Shown here: piece by piece, positions 36,753 through 50,182 of the stretch | How positions within the stretch are numbered: the stretch's first letter is position 1 | How the letters are laid out: the number at the start of each line of letters is the position of its first letter | NCBI GenBank assembly: GCA_016618085.1 | Contig: JABLTG010000045.1 | Coordinates: 1 to 64,000, forward strand | Source: Neovahlkampfia damariscottae | Taxonomy: Eukaryota | Direction of reading: 5' to 3' | DNA length: 64,000 bases | Made by a program: the position numbers and the translations under genes | Notes under the pieces: model-generated | Database searches by the model: none | Told to the model about the DNA's origin: nothing | What the model saw: the letters and a program-made list of their open reading frames with translations, nothing else

Positions 36753-37617
36753 TTATTTTTTTTCAAATGAAATTCCTTCGGTCATAATTTGAAATTTATA
36801 AATTACACTACTTAATTTATTCTTCAAATCAAATAATTTAGATGTTGAATTAGATTCAAGAATTAACCTAAATCTCAAATTTTTACACCATTCAATATCC
36901 ATAAACTCTTTTTGTTGTGAATATTCTTGTGTTTTGTATGAAGTGGTTGGTAATTTTGAAGCAAATATAGAAATTCCATGTTCTGTAGCTAATTTAATTA
37001 AACAGTTTGAAGCTAGTTCTGATGATTTTTTATCCATATTTTGAAATGTATTTAAAGAATCAATAAAAATGACTGAAATATTAATATTCTCTGATAATAA
37101 CAATCCTTCTAGAGTCATCCAAAATTTAAAAGCTGTTTTACATCTGTATATTTTCATTCTTCCCAAACATTTATATAAAATTTCTTCAAATCTTGTTGAG
37201 CCTTCAAAATGTTCGTGGAGTTCAGATTCGTCTAAAAAAATTAAAACATGGAATTCTTTTTTTACCTGTTATTGTTTTATTAAAATGATTTCCAACAGCG
37301 TCTTTTATTATACCTTCAAGAATTTGAATGAATCTCCAAAAATTAAATTTGTGGTCAATATCAAAATAAAATATATTCATCTCATGCCCACCTAATGGTA
37401 TACCTTCTTCTTCTTCGCTTAATATACAATAGGCTATCATTGTCAGTAAACTTTCTGTTGCATAAGTTTGGTTTGAGGAGTATATTTCGGTTATTTGTCC
37501 TGATAGATTATCATTCACCATACTATCTATGATTGACAGCTTTGAACTTATTAATGGTTTCAGTTTATTCCTTTGCAAAAATTTTAAACCATCTTCGTCA
37601 AAAAAATTAAAGGACAT
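36753..37617 (-). CDS. XRCC2: RAD51 paralogue, XRCC2-like
   Basis: YCIL..LGG..FDIDHKFNFWRFIQIL and IFIDSL; intron near 37235-37265. Confidence 0.72.
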
Positions 37618-37819
37618 TTTTGACCAACCAAATTTGATTCAAATCAAAAAAGTAAAGGAAATAAAAACATGAGAAAAATGTTTATATTAGTGTATTTTTA
37701 TACATTTGAAAGTAATCTTCTTTTTCCCATCCCGAAGGATTTGTGAAGGATATCAAGTTTTTTTTTTTGTAATATTTCATTGGTTAACAACTCCGAAATT
37801 GACACTTTGCAAAACAACA

Positions 37820-38335
37820 ATGGCAATCACTTGGAACAATCCTCAACACTTATATTTATTGATGTATATCATCAACAATTGTCTATTAGCAATGAAGCTT
37901 TCATTTACAGCATCATGTACAGGAGCTTTTCGTGGAATCGAAAAAAAATACAAACAACCTGATGATGCAAAATTTTTTGGAAAGAAAGAAGAAAATAAAT
38001 TAACAGAAGAATCATCTGAACCATCCCAACCAAAAATATACAAAGTTGATCGAATCGTTGGAACACATCAAAATGAAGTGGAAAATTTCTTATTACATTT
38101 ATTCGTTTCAACAAATTTAATGGTTGCTATTACAATTGTACCACATTCAATTGAAGCTGCTTGGGTTCATTTCATCGGTGGAACCATTTTATTATTTTCA
38201 TTTACTTTAGTTCGTTATGTTTATGCTTTTTTTTATTTCATTGGGTTAGCACCTGCAAGGTCATTATTATTCTTAGGTGGTACAATCATTAACATGACTA
38301 TTTTAGTTTGGTCAATCATCGCAATTCTTGTTTAA
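37820..38335 (+). CDS. MAPEG family membrane protein
   Basis: DRIVGTHQNEVEN, VRYVYAFFY and PARS; four TM helices. Confidence 0.8.
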   Translation: MAITWNNPQHLYLLMYIINNCLLAMKLSFTASCTGAFRGIEKKYKQPDDAKFFGKKEENKLTEESSEPSQPKIYKVDRIVGTHQNEVENFLLHLFVSTNLMVAITIVPHSIEAAWVHFIGGTILLFSFTLVRYVYAFFYFIGLAPARSLLFLGGTIINMTILVWSIIAILV

Positions 38336-38400
38336 AAAAACCAACCGAAATAAATTTTTATTTTCCGCCAATTACATTCGCCTTTGTATCAAAAGAAATA

Positions 38401-39896
38401 ATGAAACAAACAAAAAAATTCTTACAACAACAATTCATCAAAAGGACGTTCATAAAAAATACAATTCATTTTTCAAATCCAGTAAGAATCAAAACTATTA
38501 AAAAATGAAGAAATCAGAAAAATCAGAAAAATCACCTGAAGACGAAACAAAAAAAAATTCTGATGAAGAATTAAACAGTTTTGGAAGGTTTTTTAAAAGT
38601 GTATCTGAGCTATTAAATAAATTCAAAATAAAAAAAAATTGGATTCAAATTGGAGAAAATGAAAATCGAATTTCAGAAGATTATGGTTTACAAGTTCGTT
38701 TGAAGAATTTGTCAAGGTCACATGAATTAAAAAGAATTTCAAATACAAATCAATTTCAAAAAATTGAAAATTTATTAAACCAAATGGTTGAAATACCTCT
38801 TGAAGATTTTAATAATTTGTTGAAGAATTTATGCAGTATTGGAGAAATTGAAATGGCTGAAAAATGGTTTAAAATGTTTGAAAATTCAGATGGATATACA
38901 TATTCCACTATGATTTTTAAATATTTAGACTTGAAAGAATTTCAAAAAATTGAAAATTTATTTTATGAAATGATGGAAAAAAATATTAATATTAAAACCA
39001 ATCAAATGAATTTCGCAATAAAAAGAATGTTATTATCCAATAATATTGATATGGTTGAGAGATTATTCAAAAAATTGAATATTCTAGACAGTCAATCATA
39101 TGCTAATTTGATACAAGCATATTTGGATTTAAATAATTTAGAAAGAGTCGAAGAGTTATGTTTAGAATTGACTGAAAAGAAATTGGAAATGAAAGTAGTA
39201 CAATTTAATGTTTATATAAAGAGATTAATTGAAAAAAATCAAGTTCAAAAAGTCGAGAAATTATTCGAACTTTTTGAACCAAACGGAATATCTTATTCAA
39301 TTTTGATTCATCAACACTTGAAAAACAATAATTTAAATAGAATAGAAGAATTATTTTATGAAATGATTGAAAATAATCAGGAGATACAAATTACTCAATT
39401 TAATATTTTTATGAGAGCATTATTGAAAAAGAATGATTCATCAAGTTTGAACATGAAAAGAGTTGAAAATTTATTCAAAATTATTGATAAAGTTGATGAA
39501 TATTCATATTCAATTTTGGCTCAAGCTAATTTTGAACGGAAAAATTTAAAAAGAGTCGAAGAAATTTTTGAAGAAATGATTGAAAAACAGATATCAATTT
39601 TACCATATCAATTTTCAACTTTCACGAAAAAAATGATAGAATCAAATAAAATTGAGGTCTCAGAGAAATTGTTTAGAAAAATGAATGTTCATGATTCTGT
39701 TTCATTTACAATTCTAATCAAAGGATTTTTAGAAGCCAAACAATATGATAAAGTTGAATTATTATTTGATGAAATGATTGAAAAAAATATTGAAATTTCA
39801 ATTTTTCAAATGAAAAATTTTTTGCACAAATTACAGGGAACAAATAAACAAAAAAAAATCAAAAAATATAAAAATCTTTTTGAAAATAAAAAATAA
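38401..39896 (+). CDS. Pentatricopeptide repeat protein, probably mitochondrial
   Basis: Presequence-like first exon, 29-nt intron at ~38481-38509, alternating PPR-like repeats (SYSILI..VEELF.EM.EK). Confidence 0.85.
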
Positions 39897-39979
39897 GGAA
39901 AATTAAATTTTATTCAAGTTTTAAAATGTTGAATTTTCTAATCTAAATCAAAATGACAGTTTCTTTCAATTATAAAATG

Positions 39980-40978
39980 TTAAACATTCTTTATAATAAC
40001 ATCACAAAAATGATTCAACTTTCTACTATTGTCAATATCATTTCTTAAATCATTACTCCTTTTTGGTAATTTGATTTTCCAACAATCTCTCATATTCAAT
40101 GTTGTATCACTATAACCACCATGAATAATCATTTCATCATTATCATTCAAAACAGCACTATGCCAATATCTTGGCATTGGTATACTTCCATATACATTTA
40201 TCAAGATCCAATTATTCGTTGGAATATAAAATTCAAAAATTGAATTCAATGTATTTCCGTTGTTTCCTCCAAAACAAAAAATTGAATTCCCTTGAATGAC
40301 AGAAGAAAAAGCAGTCATTGGATTAGGAACATCACCAAAAGTCTTCATTAATGACCATTCTTCTGATAAAATATTAAAAGACCAAAGATCATTCATTCTA
40401 TATCCATCATGTCTTCCACCAAATACATAAATCATATTATCTTTTGATACCATTGATCCGTACCTTCTTCCTTCCGGTTTTAATTTTGTAACTGGTATAA
40501 TCTCTGTCCATTCAAAAGTATTTAAATCAAATGAATGTAAATCGTTTAAATGAATGTCGTTTTCAGTTTCTCCACCAAAAATATAAAATTTATCATTTTG
40601 TAATGTGGAGCAATGATATAATCTCTCATGTGGTTCTTTTCCATTTGTGGTGATTTCTTTAATTTTTAAAGTATCTAAATTTAAACAAATGGTTGTAACC
40701 ACTTGTCCTTGAAAAGAACGTCCTCCAAAAAAATAAACTGAATTTTTGTAATGACAATGTTTTGAAAACATTAATGTTGTTGATGTTATTTTTGTCAGTG
40801 AAGTATTATTCTTCATGGAAAATTTGTGGATCATTGTTGAATAATGATTGAAATATTTTGAGTCATTTGAGTTTCCAAATAGAATATAAAGTGATCCTTT
40901 GTGATATACTATGCTATGAGATGCTCTTTGATCTGTAAAATTCAACTTTTTCCAAACAAACAAACCCTCTTCCTCCAT
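39980..40978 (-). CDS. Kelch-repeat protein
   Basis: Repeated R..H......YIFGG..ND...F.....W. Confidence 0.9.
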   Translation of the reverse strand: MEEEGLFVWKKLNFTDQRASHSIVYHKGSLYILFGNSNDSKYFNHYSTMIHKFSMKNNTSLTKITSTTLMFSKHCHYKNSVYFFGGRSFQGQVVTTICLNLDTLKIKEITTNGKEPHERLYHCSTLQNDKFYIFGGETENDIHLNDLHSFDLNTFEWTEIIPVTKLKPEGRRYGSMVSKDNMIYVFGGRHDGYRMNDLWSFNILSEEWSLMKTFGDVPNPMTAFSSVIQGNSIFCFGGNNGNTLNSIFEFYIPTNNWILINVYGSIPMPRYWHSAVLNDNDEMIIHGGYSDTTLNMRDCWKIKLPKRSNDLRNDIDNSRKLNHFCDVIIKNV

Positions 40979-41121
40979 ACAAAAATGCAAATTTAAAAAT
41001 TAATTTGATTGGTTGCTATTGTAGATTAAAAATCTGTGTCATTTTTAATCAATGAGTAATATATGAAATTTTCAGCCAAGATAAATTTTTAAAATATTCC
41101 ACCAATCATTTGGTTTAAAAG

Positions 41122-42627
41122 ATGCAGAATGACCATTCACCACCACTGAAGAAACAAAAATTAAATTCTGATAAAGAAGAGATAGATACATCAAAAATAC
41201 AAGACGTTGAATATGATTTTGAATATGAAGATGATTTTGAAGAAAATGATGAAGAAAATATCGTCATAGAAAATGAATATTATATTGCGAAAGCAGAATC
41301 TGACAAAGAAGTATCAAAAATATTATTTGAAGAGATTATAGCAATGAAAACCGAAAAGTAATTTTTTATATTTTTCTGAAAAAATCTTCTTTAAAGATGG
41401 AGTTTCAAATCACTAAAACAAATGATAAAGTTATTGATCAACGAAAAAAACTATAAAGAGATGATTATTAAAATAGATCAATTATTGGAATATTCGAATA
41501 TTGTTACAAAAAATGAATTTGAAAAATCTATTTTAAAAATTTTGAATTTTTTGAAAGAAAAAGAAATTAATTTTTGTTTGCTTGAAAAGATTTATAAAAA
41601 GATTCTTAATGTGGTTAATTTCAATAAAGTAAGACCAAAAAAAAATTAATGTTTAAAATAGAGATTATCCTTTAAAATAAAAACTCAATTAGGTGAATCT
41701 TATATTGAATTAAATGATTATAAATCATTATTCAAATTGATAAAAGAGCTACATCATTACAATTATCAAAAAGGAGATATTGAATATTTGGAAATATTGG
41801 CTCTTGAGATTCAGTATTACACTGAAAAAAAGAATATGAAAGAATTGAAAAAATTACATGAAAAAGCAACACAAATAAAAGGAGCTATTAGTCATCCTAG
41901 AATTATGGGTATAATAAAAGAATGTGCTGGTAAAATATTAATGAAAAGTAATTCAAAATAATTATCTAATCATTTTAAGAAAAAAAATGGGAAAAAGCAA
42001 TACAATCCTTTTTTGAAGCATTTAAGAACTTTACTGAAATTGGAGATAAAAAAAATATGTAAAACAGATTTTTAGTCACTAATTTCAATGTTTAGAATTT
42101 GTTTGAAATACCTTTTGATTGTTCATATGTTGAGTAACTCAGAAATTAATCCATTTGAAGCAAATGAACTGAAATTTTATACCAATGATAAAGTAAGCAA
42201 TTTAAATATTAAATAAAAGGAAATTTCAATCTTCATTGAACTTTTGAAGTATTATCAATCTGGAAATTTTTTCAAATTTCAAAATTTATTTCATCAAAAA
42301 AAAGAAATGATTTTAGAAGAAAAGATCATTTCAAAATATTTTGAAACTTTATTAAAAGAATTAAAAAAGAAATCAATTGTTGAATTATTGAAAAGTTATT
42401 CAAGAATTAAATTGAGATACATTTCAAAAGAGTTAAATATTGAAGAGAATGAATTAGAGATGGTGATTTCTCAATTAATTTTGGACAAAGAAGTAAATGG
42501 TAAACTGAATCATGTTGATGGTATCTTTGAATTGAAAGATGAAAATGATGAATTATGTAATACAATGAAGATATTGAATCAATTAGTTTTTGAAATTCAT
42601 CCAAATATCTGTCGAAAAATAAAGTAA
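41122..42627 (+). CDS. COPS2: COP9 signalosome subunit 2-like PCI protein
   Basis: YDFEYED, IENEYY.AK, LEILALEIQYYT, AISHPRIMGIIKECAGK, C-terminal PCI; multiple introns. Confidence 0.85.
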
Positions 42628-42671
42628 TTTTGAAATCAACTAGAGATATCAATTAGTTGGTGATCAATTTT

Positions 42672-44378
42672 TTATTCAAGTTTTTCATTTTCATCAGAGT
42701 CATCAAAATCATCTAAAAGTGCAAATCCATCCATAGAAGATTGTTTCTTATCAACTTTTATATTTGATGGCATTTCAATTTCATCATCATTTTCTTCAGA
42801 TGGAACAACTGTATACTCAAACCTACAAAACATGAAAAAAAAATTAAACTTACAGAAATACTTCAGCAGGTCTCCAAAATAACATTAATAAAGAAAGAAT
42901 TAAGAAATATAAAACTTCCCAATAAGCTTGATTTGTCCAAATTGATTCCCATCGTGAATCTCTAATATCTCTTGGACTCAAATTTAAAAATCTTCAAAAT
43001 AGATTAAAACATCAAATAGACATTTACGTTTCATATGAGAACCAAAGAGCAGCACAAATACAATAAAAGATTAGTACCCATTTAAATCTATTAAAAACAA
43101 GAACTTTTGCTGTTTGTTTTCTTGATACAAGTTTTTTCAATGTTTTGTACACTGAAATCAAAACCCAAACAAAAAATATTGCATCAATGAATGCTACTGC
43201 CATTTGTATTCCATTTGAAACCAAAATTGTAACTGTAAATAATTCACTTTTCATTTCTTGAATGAAAATATCAGCGTATGAAATTACGAGATAAACAATG
43301 GAGTAAATACCAACGAATACAGTAGTATTTCCAAGATTAAATGTTGTAATACCCCAACCCATTGCTATTAATATCACTAATACTCTTGAAATTATTTTTC
43401 TAATGGTAATCAAAAATTGAGTGAAAGAATCTAAAAGAGGTGCTTTTTTAAAAAAGTTAAATCAAAAAATAGTTTTTTACAATGTAAACCTGTGGTATCA
43501 TATTGTAAATAGAAAAAGTATGAAAAAGCTGTTGTGATCATACTCAAAAAGAATAAACCAGTAACAGCAACCTAATAAAAATGTGAAAAAGTGAAAAATT
43601 CAATACATGAATTTTAGTGATGTATTTGTAGTTTTTGATCATAAAGAACATCCAAACAATAGAAAATCCAAAATAAAGAATAGCCAATACAAAAAAGAAC
43701 TTTTTGAAATTTGTTAACAATATAATTCCATCTTACTGGTAACAATCCAAATTTTTCTCCAACAATATGACCATACTAAATTGTTAGAATATAAAATAGT
43801 ACTGGATTCATGACAGTAATTGTTCCATCAAGTTTAATTGGGTCATCTCTACAACTAACTATAAAAAGATAATATAGGCCTGATCTTGTGATAGTATGCT
43901 CATATTCAACAGGTTCTTGTGGTATTTTTTGAATATCTTTCATCCAGTAATCTTTTATATCTCTTACAAATAACTTTCCATTTTGACAGAGAGAAATCTG
44001 AAAAAATAAATTAACTTTTGTTCCAGTCTTACAACATTTGGAGTTTTTGGTGATGTATATCCAACAAATTTAAATTGTGTGTGATGAATTAAAGCAATTT
44101 GAACTGGGTTGTTTGACTCAATTCGAACTTGAATTTTTTTTTATTTTTTTTTTTTTTTACGATTAAAAGAAACACTTGGAATTTCATTTGGTGTTGTAAA
44201 CCATGTTGGTGAATCTTTTGCTGAAAATATTCCAACTTTTTTCAACAGATAACCTTTTACCTTAAAAAAAACTTTAATTCATTGATAAAACTACAGTTTT
44301 CTCTCTGAACCCAAGAATAAGTCCATTTGTATAAGCAAAAAATAAAACAAAGAGAAACAAAATTTTTTTCAAAAACAT
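42672..44378 (-). CDS. GPR107/TMEM87 (lung seven-TM, PTM1-like) protein
   Basis: Signal peptide, ITRSGLY, NP/YGH, AMGWGI, LFWRP; many introns. Confidence 0.8.
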
Positions 44379-44505
44379 CCTCTCCAAAGTTCGATGATGT
44401 GGTTGTTTATAAAAATGACCAATCAAAAAGAAATCAATCTTCTTTAAGAAAAATGAGCAAAGACAAAAAGAAAACAATTTTTTTTTTTTTCAATAAAATT
44501 TTAAT

Positions 44506-45254
44506 TTATCCATCAATAACATTTCCTTGAAAACCCATAATTCTATAACGAATGACAGTATCAGGATCAACTCTTAAATTTACTTCAACGTTACCTTTTT
44601 TTTTTTAAAAACTTTAAAGATAACTTTACCTGGTTTTTTTAAATCTTTTGGCCATTCAAGTTGTTCAGGTGTAATAACGACTTTAAGTAATTGTAATGTT
44701 CTATTACAAACATCCATAGCTGTAATTGGATAAATATAATGATCATAACTATCAACTTTTCTATAAAATTTAATAACACCTCTTGTCAAAATTTTTAAAA
44801 GATTATATCTTTCTCTTCTTGCTTTTTGTTTTGCCCAAAATTCTTCTGATTTTGAACTTATATATTTTTCAACAGCTTCTGGTGTATCATCAACAGCTCT
44901 CTTTTTTCCTATTAAAAAATTTGCCAAAGGTGCTTTCAACAACATTTTTTCTCCTTCCAAACCAATTTTATTGTCTTTTATCATTATGACATATTTGTAA
45001 GTTGGACGAAGAATTTTTGTTGAAATTTTTGGTTTTTGAAGAAACACTTCTCCAAGTTTTGCTCCTGGTGATGTTACTTTTTCTTGAAAACGTTTCACAA
45101 TCGGATTTTTTTTTTTAAAACGAAGCTACAAGAAGAAGTTAATTTTCTTTGAACAAATTACTTGTGAATTTATTGGTTTTGTAATTATATTTCTTTTTCA
45201 ATTTTTAGTTTTTTTTTTTTCTCACTTGATTGATGAAAATTCTTTTCTGAACAT
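44506..45254 (-). CDS. Mitochondrial ribosomal protein bL9m-like
   Basis: VIMIKD..IG..GE..LK...NFL...KRA..TPE; C-terminal ITAMDV..DLKKPG; presequence-like start. Confidence 0.6.
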
Positions 45255-45398
45255 TTTTTTGACCAATGAATTTTTCTCAATTTTTGTTTCTTTAAACTCA
45301 CTAGAAAACATATAATTTTAAATTTAAAAATCAAAAAATTCTATGCATAAAAGTTGGCTCCACCGTCGTCCAATCAAATACATTTTTAGTTTCTAAAC

Positions 45399-46252
45399 AT
45401 GACAAAAGAACTAAAAGTGTTGTATATGCAAATTAGAGAAGATAAAGAAACTTGTTTAGAAGAATTTTTGTCTTTTGTAAGATACTCAAAATTGAAAGAA
45501 GAAAACTTTACTATTTTGAACGTTTTTGATACACCAAAATTTGATTCTTCAATAATAAAAGATCACCATGCTCTTTTTGTAGGTGGTTCAAGTGATGCAT
45601 CTGTATTAAGTAAACATCTGAGAAAAAAAAAAAAACTAAATATTTTCCAGAAAGAGATGTTTATACTTTTGTTGATCATTGTTGTGAACTAATGAAACAC
45701 TGTAAAAAAAAATATTGTTAATTTTGTTGATTAAATAGGTGCTGAACAAGATATTCCTGTATTTGCTAGTTGTTTTGGTTTTCAGATTGCTTGTGAGGCA
45801 CTTGGTGGAAAAGTAATTGAAGATGTTGAAGGAATGGTAAAAATTAAAAATAAGATTTATTTTTAATTTAGGAAATGGGTGCTTATCCAATAATTCATTC
45901 TGATCATACAGTGAATGATATTCTTTTTTCAGATGTTCCAAATAATTTTACAGCTTTAGTTGGACATCGTGAACGAGCTCATATTTTACCTGAAAATGCT
46001 ATTTCACTTGGAAGTACAGAAAAATGTCCTTGTCAAGCATTCAAAATCAAAGATAAAAATTTTTATGCTTTTCAATATCACCCTGAATTAGATGTTAAAG
46101 ATATGGTTGCAAGATTAGAAAGATACTGTTCAAGATATCCATTTGAAAAATTAAATGGTGTAAAATCAATTATTGATTCATTAGAAAAAGTCAATACAGA
46201 TCATTCAAATAATTTATTGGAAAAATTTGTTGAAAGAATTTTAAAAAAATAA
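45399..46252 (+). CDS. Class I glutamine amidotransferase (stand-alone, GMP-synthase-like)
   Basis: GGS, ASCFGFQ nucleophile, QYHPE; three introns. Confidence 0.88.
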
Positions 46253-46255
46253 AAA

Positions 46256-46798
46256 TCAAAATTTTGAAATCGTTTTTTTTTCTTCTTCTTTTAATGAATC
46301 AACTTCTTTTAGTATCATTTGTATTTTAACAATTATTCTTTTTCTTTCTGTCCTTAATTCTTCTTTTGTTATTTTGTCTAGTTGTATCATTTTTTGAAGG
46401 AATAATTCATCATATTTTAATATTTGATCTGATAAATCTTCGCCTTTTAAATTTAATTCTTTCATTTTATAAAATTCAATTTTTAATTTTTCTATTTCTC
46501 CTTCAATTTTTTCAATCAAAGGGTCGATAATTTTATTCGTTTCTAAAATATCTTGTTCTGCTGAACCTATTAAAGTAATAGTATGCTTTGGTATTTTTAT
46601 TTTAAATTCTTCAATTAATGAATTTGGTTCTATTTTCTTTGATGTTTTTAAACCGAAATTTAAAATTTTTTGATGTTCAGGTTTGACTTTCGTTTCTTGA
46701 TATATTAATTCTTTGAATTCAGAAAAAGTGGTTTTATTGGATACAAGGAATTTATATATTTTTTTATTGTATTTACATTCAATGCTGTGATAATCCAT
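46256..46798 (-). CDS. BAG-family co-chaperone (ubiquitin-like + BAG domain)
   Basis: T.V.PEHQKI UBL; EL..KMIQLD.I....R.ERK..I.KIQ..L..VD BAG domain. Confidence 0.85.
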   Translation of the reverse strand: MDYHSIECKYNKKIYKFLVSNKTTFSEFKELIYQETKVKPEHQKILNFGLKTSKKIEPNSLIEEFKIKIPKHTITLIGSAEQDILETNKIIDPLIEKIEGEIEKLKIEFYKMKELNLKGEDLSDQILKYDELFLQKMIQLDKITKEELRTERKRIIVKIQMILKEVDSLKEEEKKTISKF

Positions 46799-46871
46799 AA
46801 TTTTCCGAAGTCGTTTAATTGGTGGATTTTTAGTGTGGATTCATTGGTTCATTTTTTTTTAACACTCAAAC

Positions 46872-48568
46872 ATGTTTAAATTAAATCAATTCTTCAGGAA
46901 TAACATTGTAACAACTGTTATTAATGATTTTTATGAAATTCAAACATTAAAACAAATCCAATTGGCAATAAAGAATAAAAAATTAAAAAAATCAATAGAA
47001 CTTGTTTCAGAAATGAAAGAAAAAGGAATTAAACCAAATATTGAAATATATAATAAAATATTAAGTTTAAGTTCCAATATACGTCGAATAAGAACTGGAA
47101 AAAAATTACTGGAAGAACATGAAGTAGAGTTAGGTAAATAAAAAAAAAGGTTAAAAAAAAAGACAAAAATAGTTATTTAGTTTTACTACGATACTATTTT
47201 AAATCAAATTTAGAGAAAAAAATGTTCGAAACTTTAAAAATCATGGAAGAAAAAAATTTCAATACGATATCAGCTTATAACGAAGTACTTTCATACATTT
47301 GTAAAAAAGGAGAATTTGAACAAGGTTTAGAATTACTTAGTGATTTAGTATCAAAAAATATAATACCAAATGAAATGACCTATAAAATATTAATGGAAGA
47401 GTATTGGAGGTCTGGATTAATTGGAAAATCATATGAAATTTATAATACATTTCCTTCAAATGATACAGCTATTATGATGATTAAGTTATTTTTAAGTTCG
47501 GGACAAGTCAATTCAGCAATTGAATTCATGAAATTTCTACCAATAGAAAAGATAACCATCAATTTGTATCGACCAATTATTCATTTTTACGCAAATGAAA
47601 ATAATATTGTTGGAACAATGGATATTATTCAAGATTTAAAAAGAACAAGAATTCAATTAGACTCTGATTTGATTACTGTTATTTTAAGATTATTTTTGAA
47701 TAACGCACAAGAAGAAAAAGCATTTGAATTTTTTTATAATGAAATTAATCATTCTGGGTATTTACCAAATTTGAAAAATTTGAATTTTTTCATTTCATAT
47801 TTTTGTAGACATTCAAAAATTGATCGAGTTTATGATATCATTCAAGAATTTAAAATGAAATATAAAATTGAGCTTTCTATTCTTGAATATAATATTTTGA
47901 TTAAATATTATTTGATAAATAATAATTTTGAAGAAGCATTAAAAATTTTGGATAAAATAAAAATAGATGATTTGATGGTTAATAATGAAACAAACAAACA
48001 ATTTTTGAAATTTTATTTGAAAAATGATGATATTCAAAAAGTTGCAGAACTCATTAAAAATTGGAAAAATGAAGAAGGATTCATATCTGAATATGCTACA
48101 ACTAAAATTCAACATTATTTAAATGAAAAATTGAAAGAATTTAATTTTGAAATTTGTTTTAAGTTATTAGAATTACTAAACAAAGAAGATGTCGTAAAAT
48201 TTGATTTTTATCATCTTGTCTTTAGTAAATTTATTAAAAATAATGCATTGAATTCATATAAATATTTGAAATTTCTTGAAGAAAAGAATGATATTAACAA
48301 ATCAAAAGACTCAAAATTTTATAATTTTTTGATTCAATTATACATGAGTAATGGTAATTTTGATATTGCATTTCAAATATTGAATGATCACAAATTTTTA
48401 AAATGGAACGAAAAAGTGACTGATTCAATATTGACCTATTATATTGATCAAAATAATTTCCAAAAATCACAAGAAATTTATCAAAAAGTTTTAGATCATA
48501 AAATGGTTTTCAGGAAATCAATTCAAGAAAAATATGGAAAATATTTTGAAGAAGAATTATTAAATTAA
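46872..48568 (+). CDS. Pentatricopeptide repeat protein
   Basis: EMKEKGIKPNIEIYN, PNEMTYKILM and similar repeats; intron at ~47134-47162. Confidence 0.88.
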
Positions 48569-49650
48569 TTATTTATCTAATCCTGTTGCAACAATTGAAA
48601 CTCTAATTTTACCTTCTAAAGATTCTTCAATTGAAGATCCAAAAATGATATTTGTTTCTTCATCAACTTCTGATCTAATTCTTTCTGCTGCTTGTTGTAT
48701 TTCCATTAATGTCAAATCATTTCCTCCACAAATATTTATAATTATACCTTTTGCATTTTTTAATGTTGATGCATCTAATAATGGATTGTGAATAGCAAGC
48801 TCAGATGCTATTATTGCTCTATTATTTAAATCATCAGATTCACCCATACCCATTGTTGCTCTACCCATTTCTTTCATTACTGAACTAAGATCAGCAAAAT
48901 CTAAATTTATCAATCCTGGAGTTAACATTAAATCTGAAACACTTTTAATAGAATTGTATAAAACAGAATCAACAATATTAAAAGATTCAATTAAACTTGT
49001 TGTTTTTTTAGGATACAATTCAATTAATTTTTGATTTGGAATCACTAATAATGTATCAACATTAGGTTCTATTCATTTAATTTTTTTTTTTTTTTTTCAC
49101 CTAATTCTTCTAATCCTTTTTCGCATATTCTATTTCTGTATTTTCCTTCAAATTCGAATGGTTTAGTTACAACACCAACTGTTAGAATTCCTTTTGATTT
49201 ACATGCTTTTGCAATAACTGATGAAGCTCCTGTTCCAGTGCCTCCTCCAAGACCTGCTGTAATGAATAACATATTACAATCTTGAAGTGAATTTATGACT
49301 TCTTCTAATGATTCTTCTGCTGCTTCCTTTCCTTTATCAGGAACAGATCCTGCACCCATTCCTTTTGATGAAACTTTACCCAGTTGAATTAATTTATTCG
49401 CGCCAGAATAATTTAAAGATTGAATGTCCGTATTGCAAGCAATAAATTCCATTCCACCTAATTTTGATTTGGCCATATTATGTATAGCATTACAACCAGC
49501 TCCTCCAATTCCTAATTTTAAAACGTAAATTTTTTTTTTTTTTTTTGAACCTAAAACTTTTATTTTTGGTCTTAAGAGATCAAAGTTTATATCAGAATAT
49601 AATTTTTTTCCGATGAATTTCTTTAATTTTAGATTTTTCCTCAAGAACAT
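48569..49650 (-). CDS. ftsZ: Mitochondrial FtsZ (short form)
   Basis: GIGGAGCNA, GLGGGTGTG, PFEFEG, NLDFAD; presequence MFLRKNLKLKKF; two introns; ends at VATGLDK. Confidence 0.95.
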
Positions 49651-49715
49651 TTTCCCGTTGTTTTTTCGTTGCTCTAAATAAAAGAAATTGATTGGATGTA
49701 TAAAAATAGATGTTT

Positions 49716-50161
49716 TTATGATTTTTTTTCTTTTAAAATAACTCTATGAGGAGCAATAAAATGTGCCAAACCAAACATTATTTTCTCATTTGAACATTCA
49801 CCAGGTTCTATTTTTTCTCCTGATTCTAATCTTGCAAGCATCTCTTTTACGTCGGAAATTACAATTATCGCGGAACTTACCGAAACTACAGTCGCAACTA
49901 ACCCGATTAATGGTACAAAAAGTAACATTCTTAAGCATATATTTAAAAACATTAAAGCTTTTCCTTTTTGTTTTTGTCCGATCAAGTAATGTCCAGTACC
50001 TTTTGACGAAAAAATTAATTCTTGATTTTTTGGATATTACCTGGAAGCATGAAACTTAAAACGCTCAATAATATTCTATTTGTGGTTATAACATTCTCAA
50101 TACTTATCCATTCATCAGCTTGATTTTTTACGTTTTGTTCTGTTTTTTGGACTTCAAGCAT
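49716..50161 (-). CDS. TM2-like small membrane protein
   Basis: LSFMLP/GTGHYLIGQKQKG across an intron at ~50000-50040. Confidence 0.7.
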
Positions 50162-50182
50162 TGTTGTCTTATTATTGGTTGA

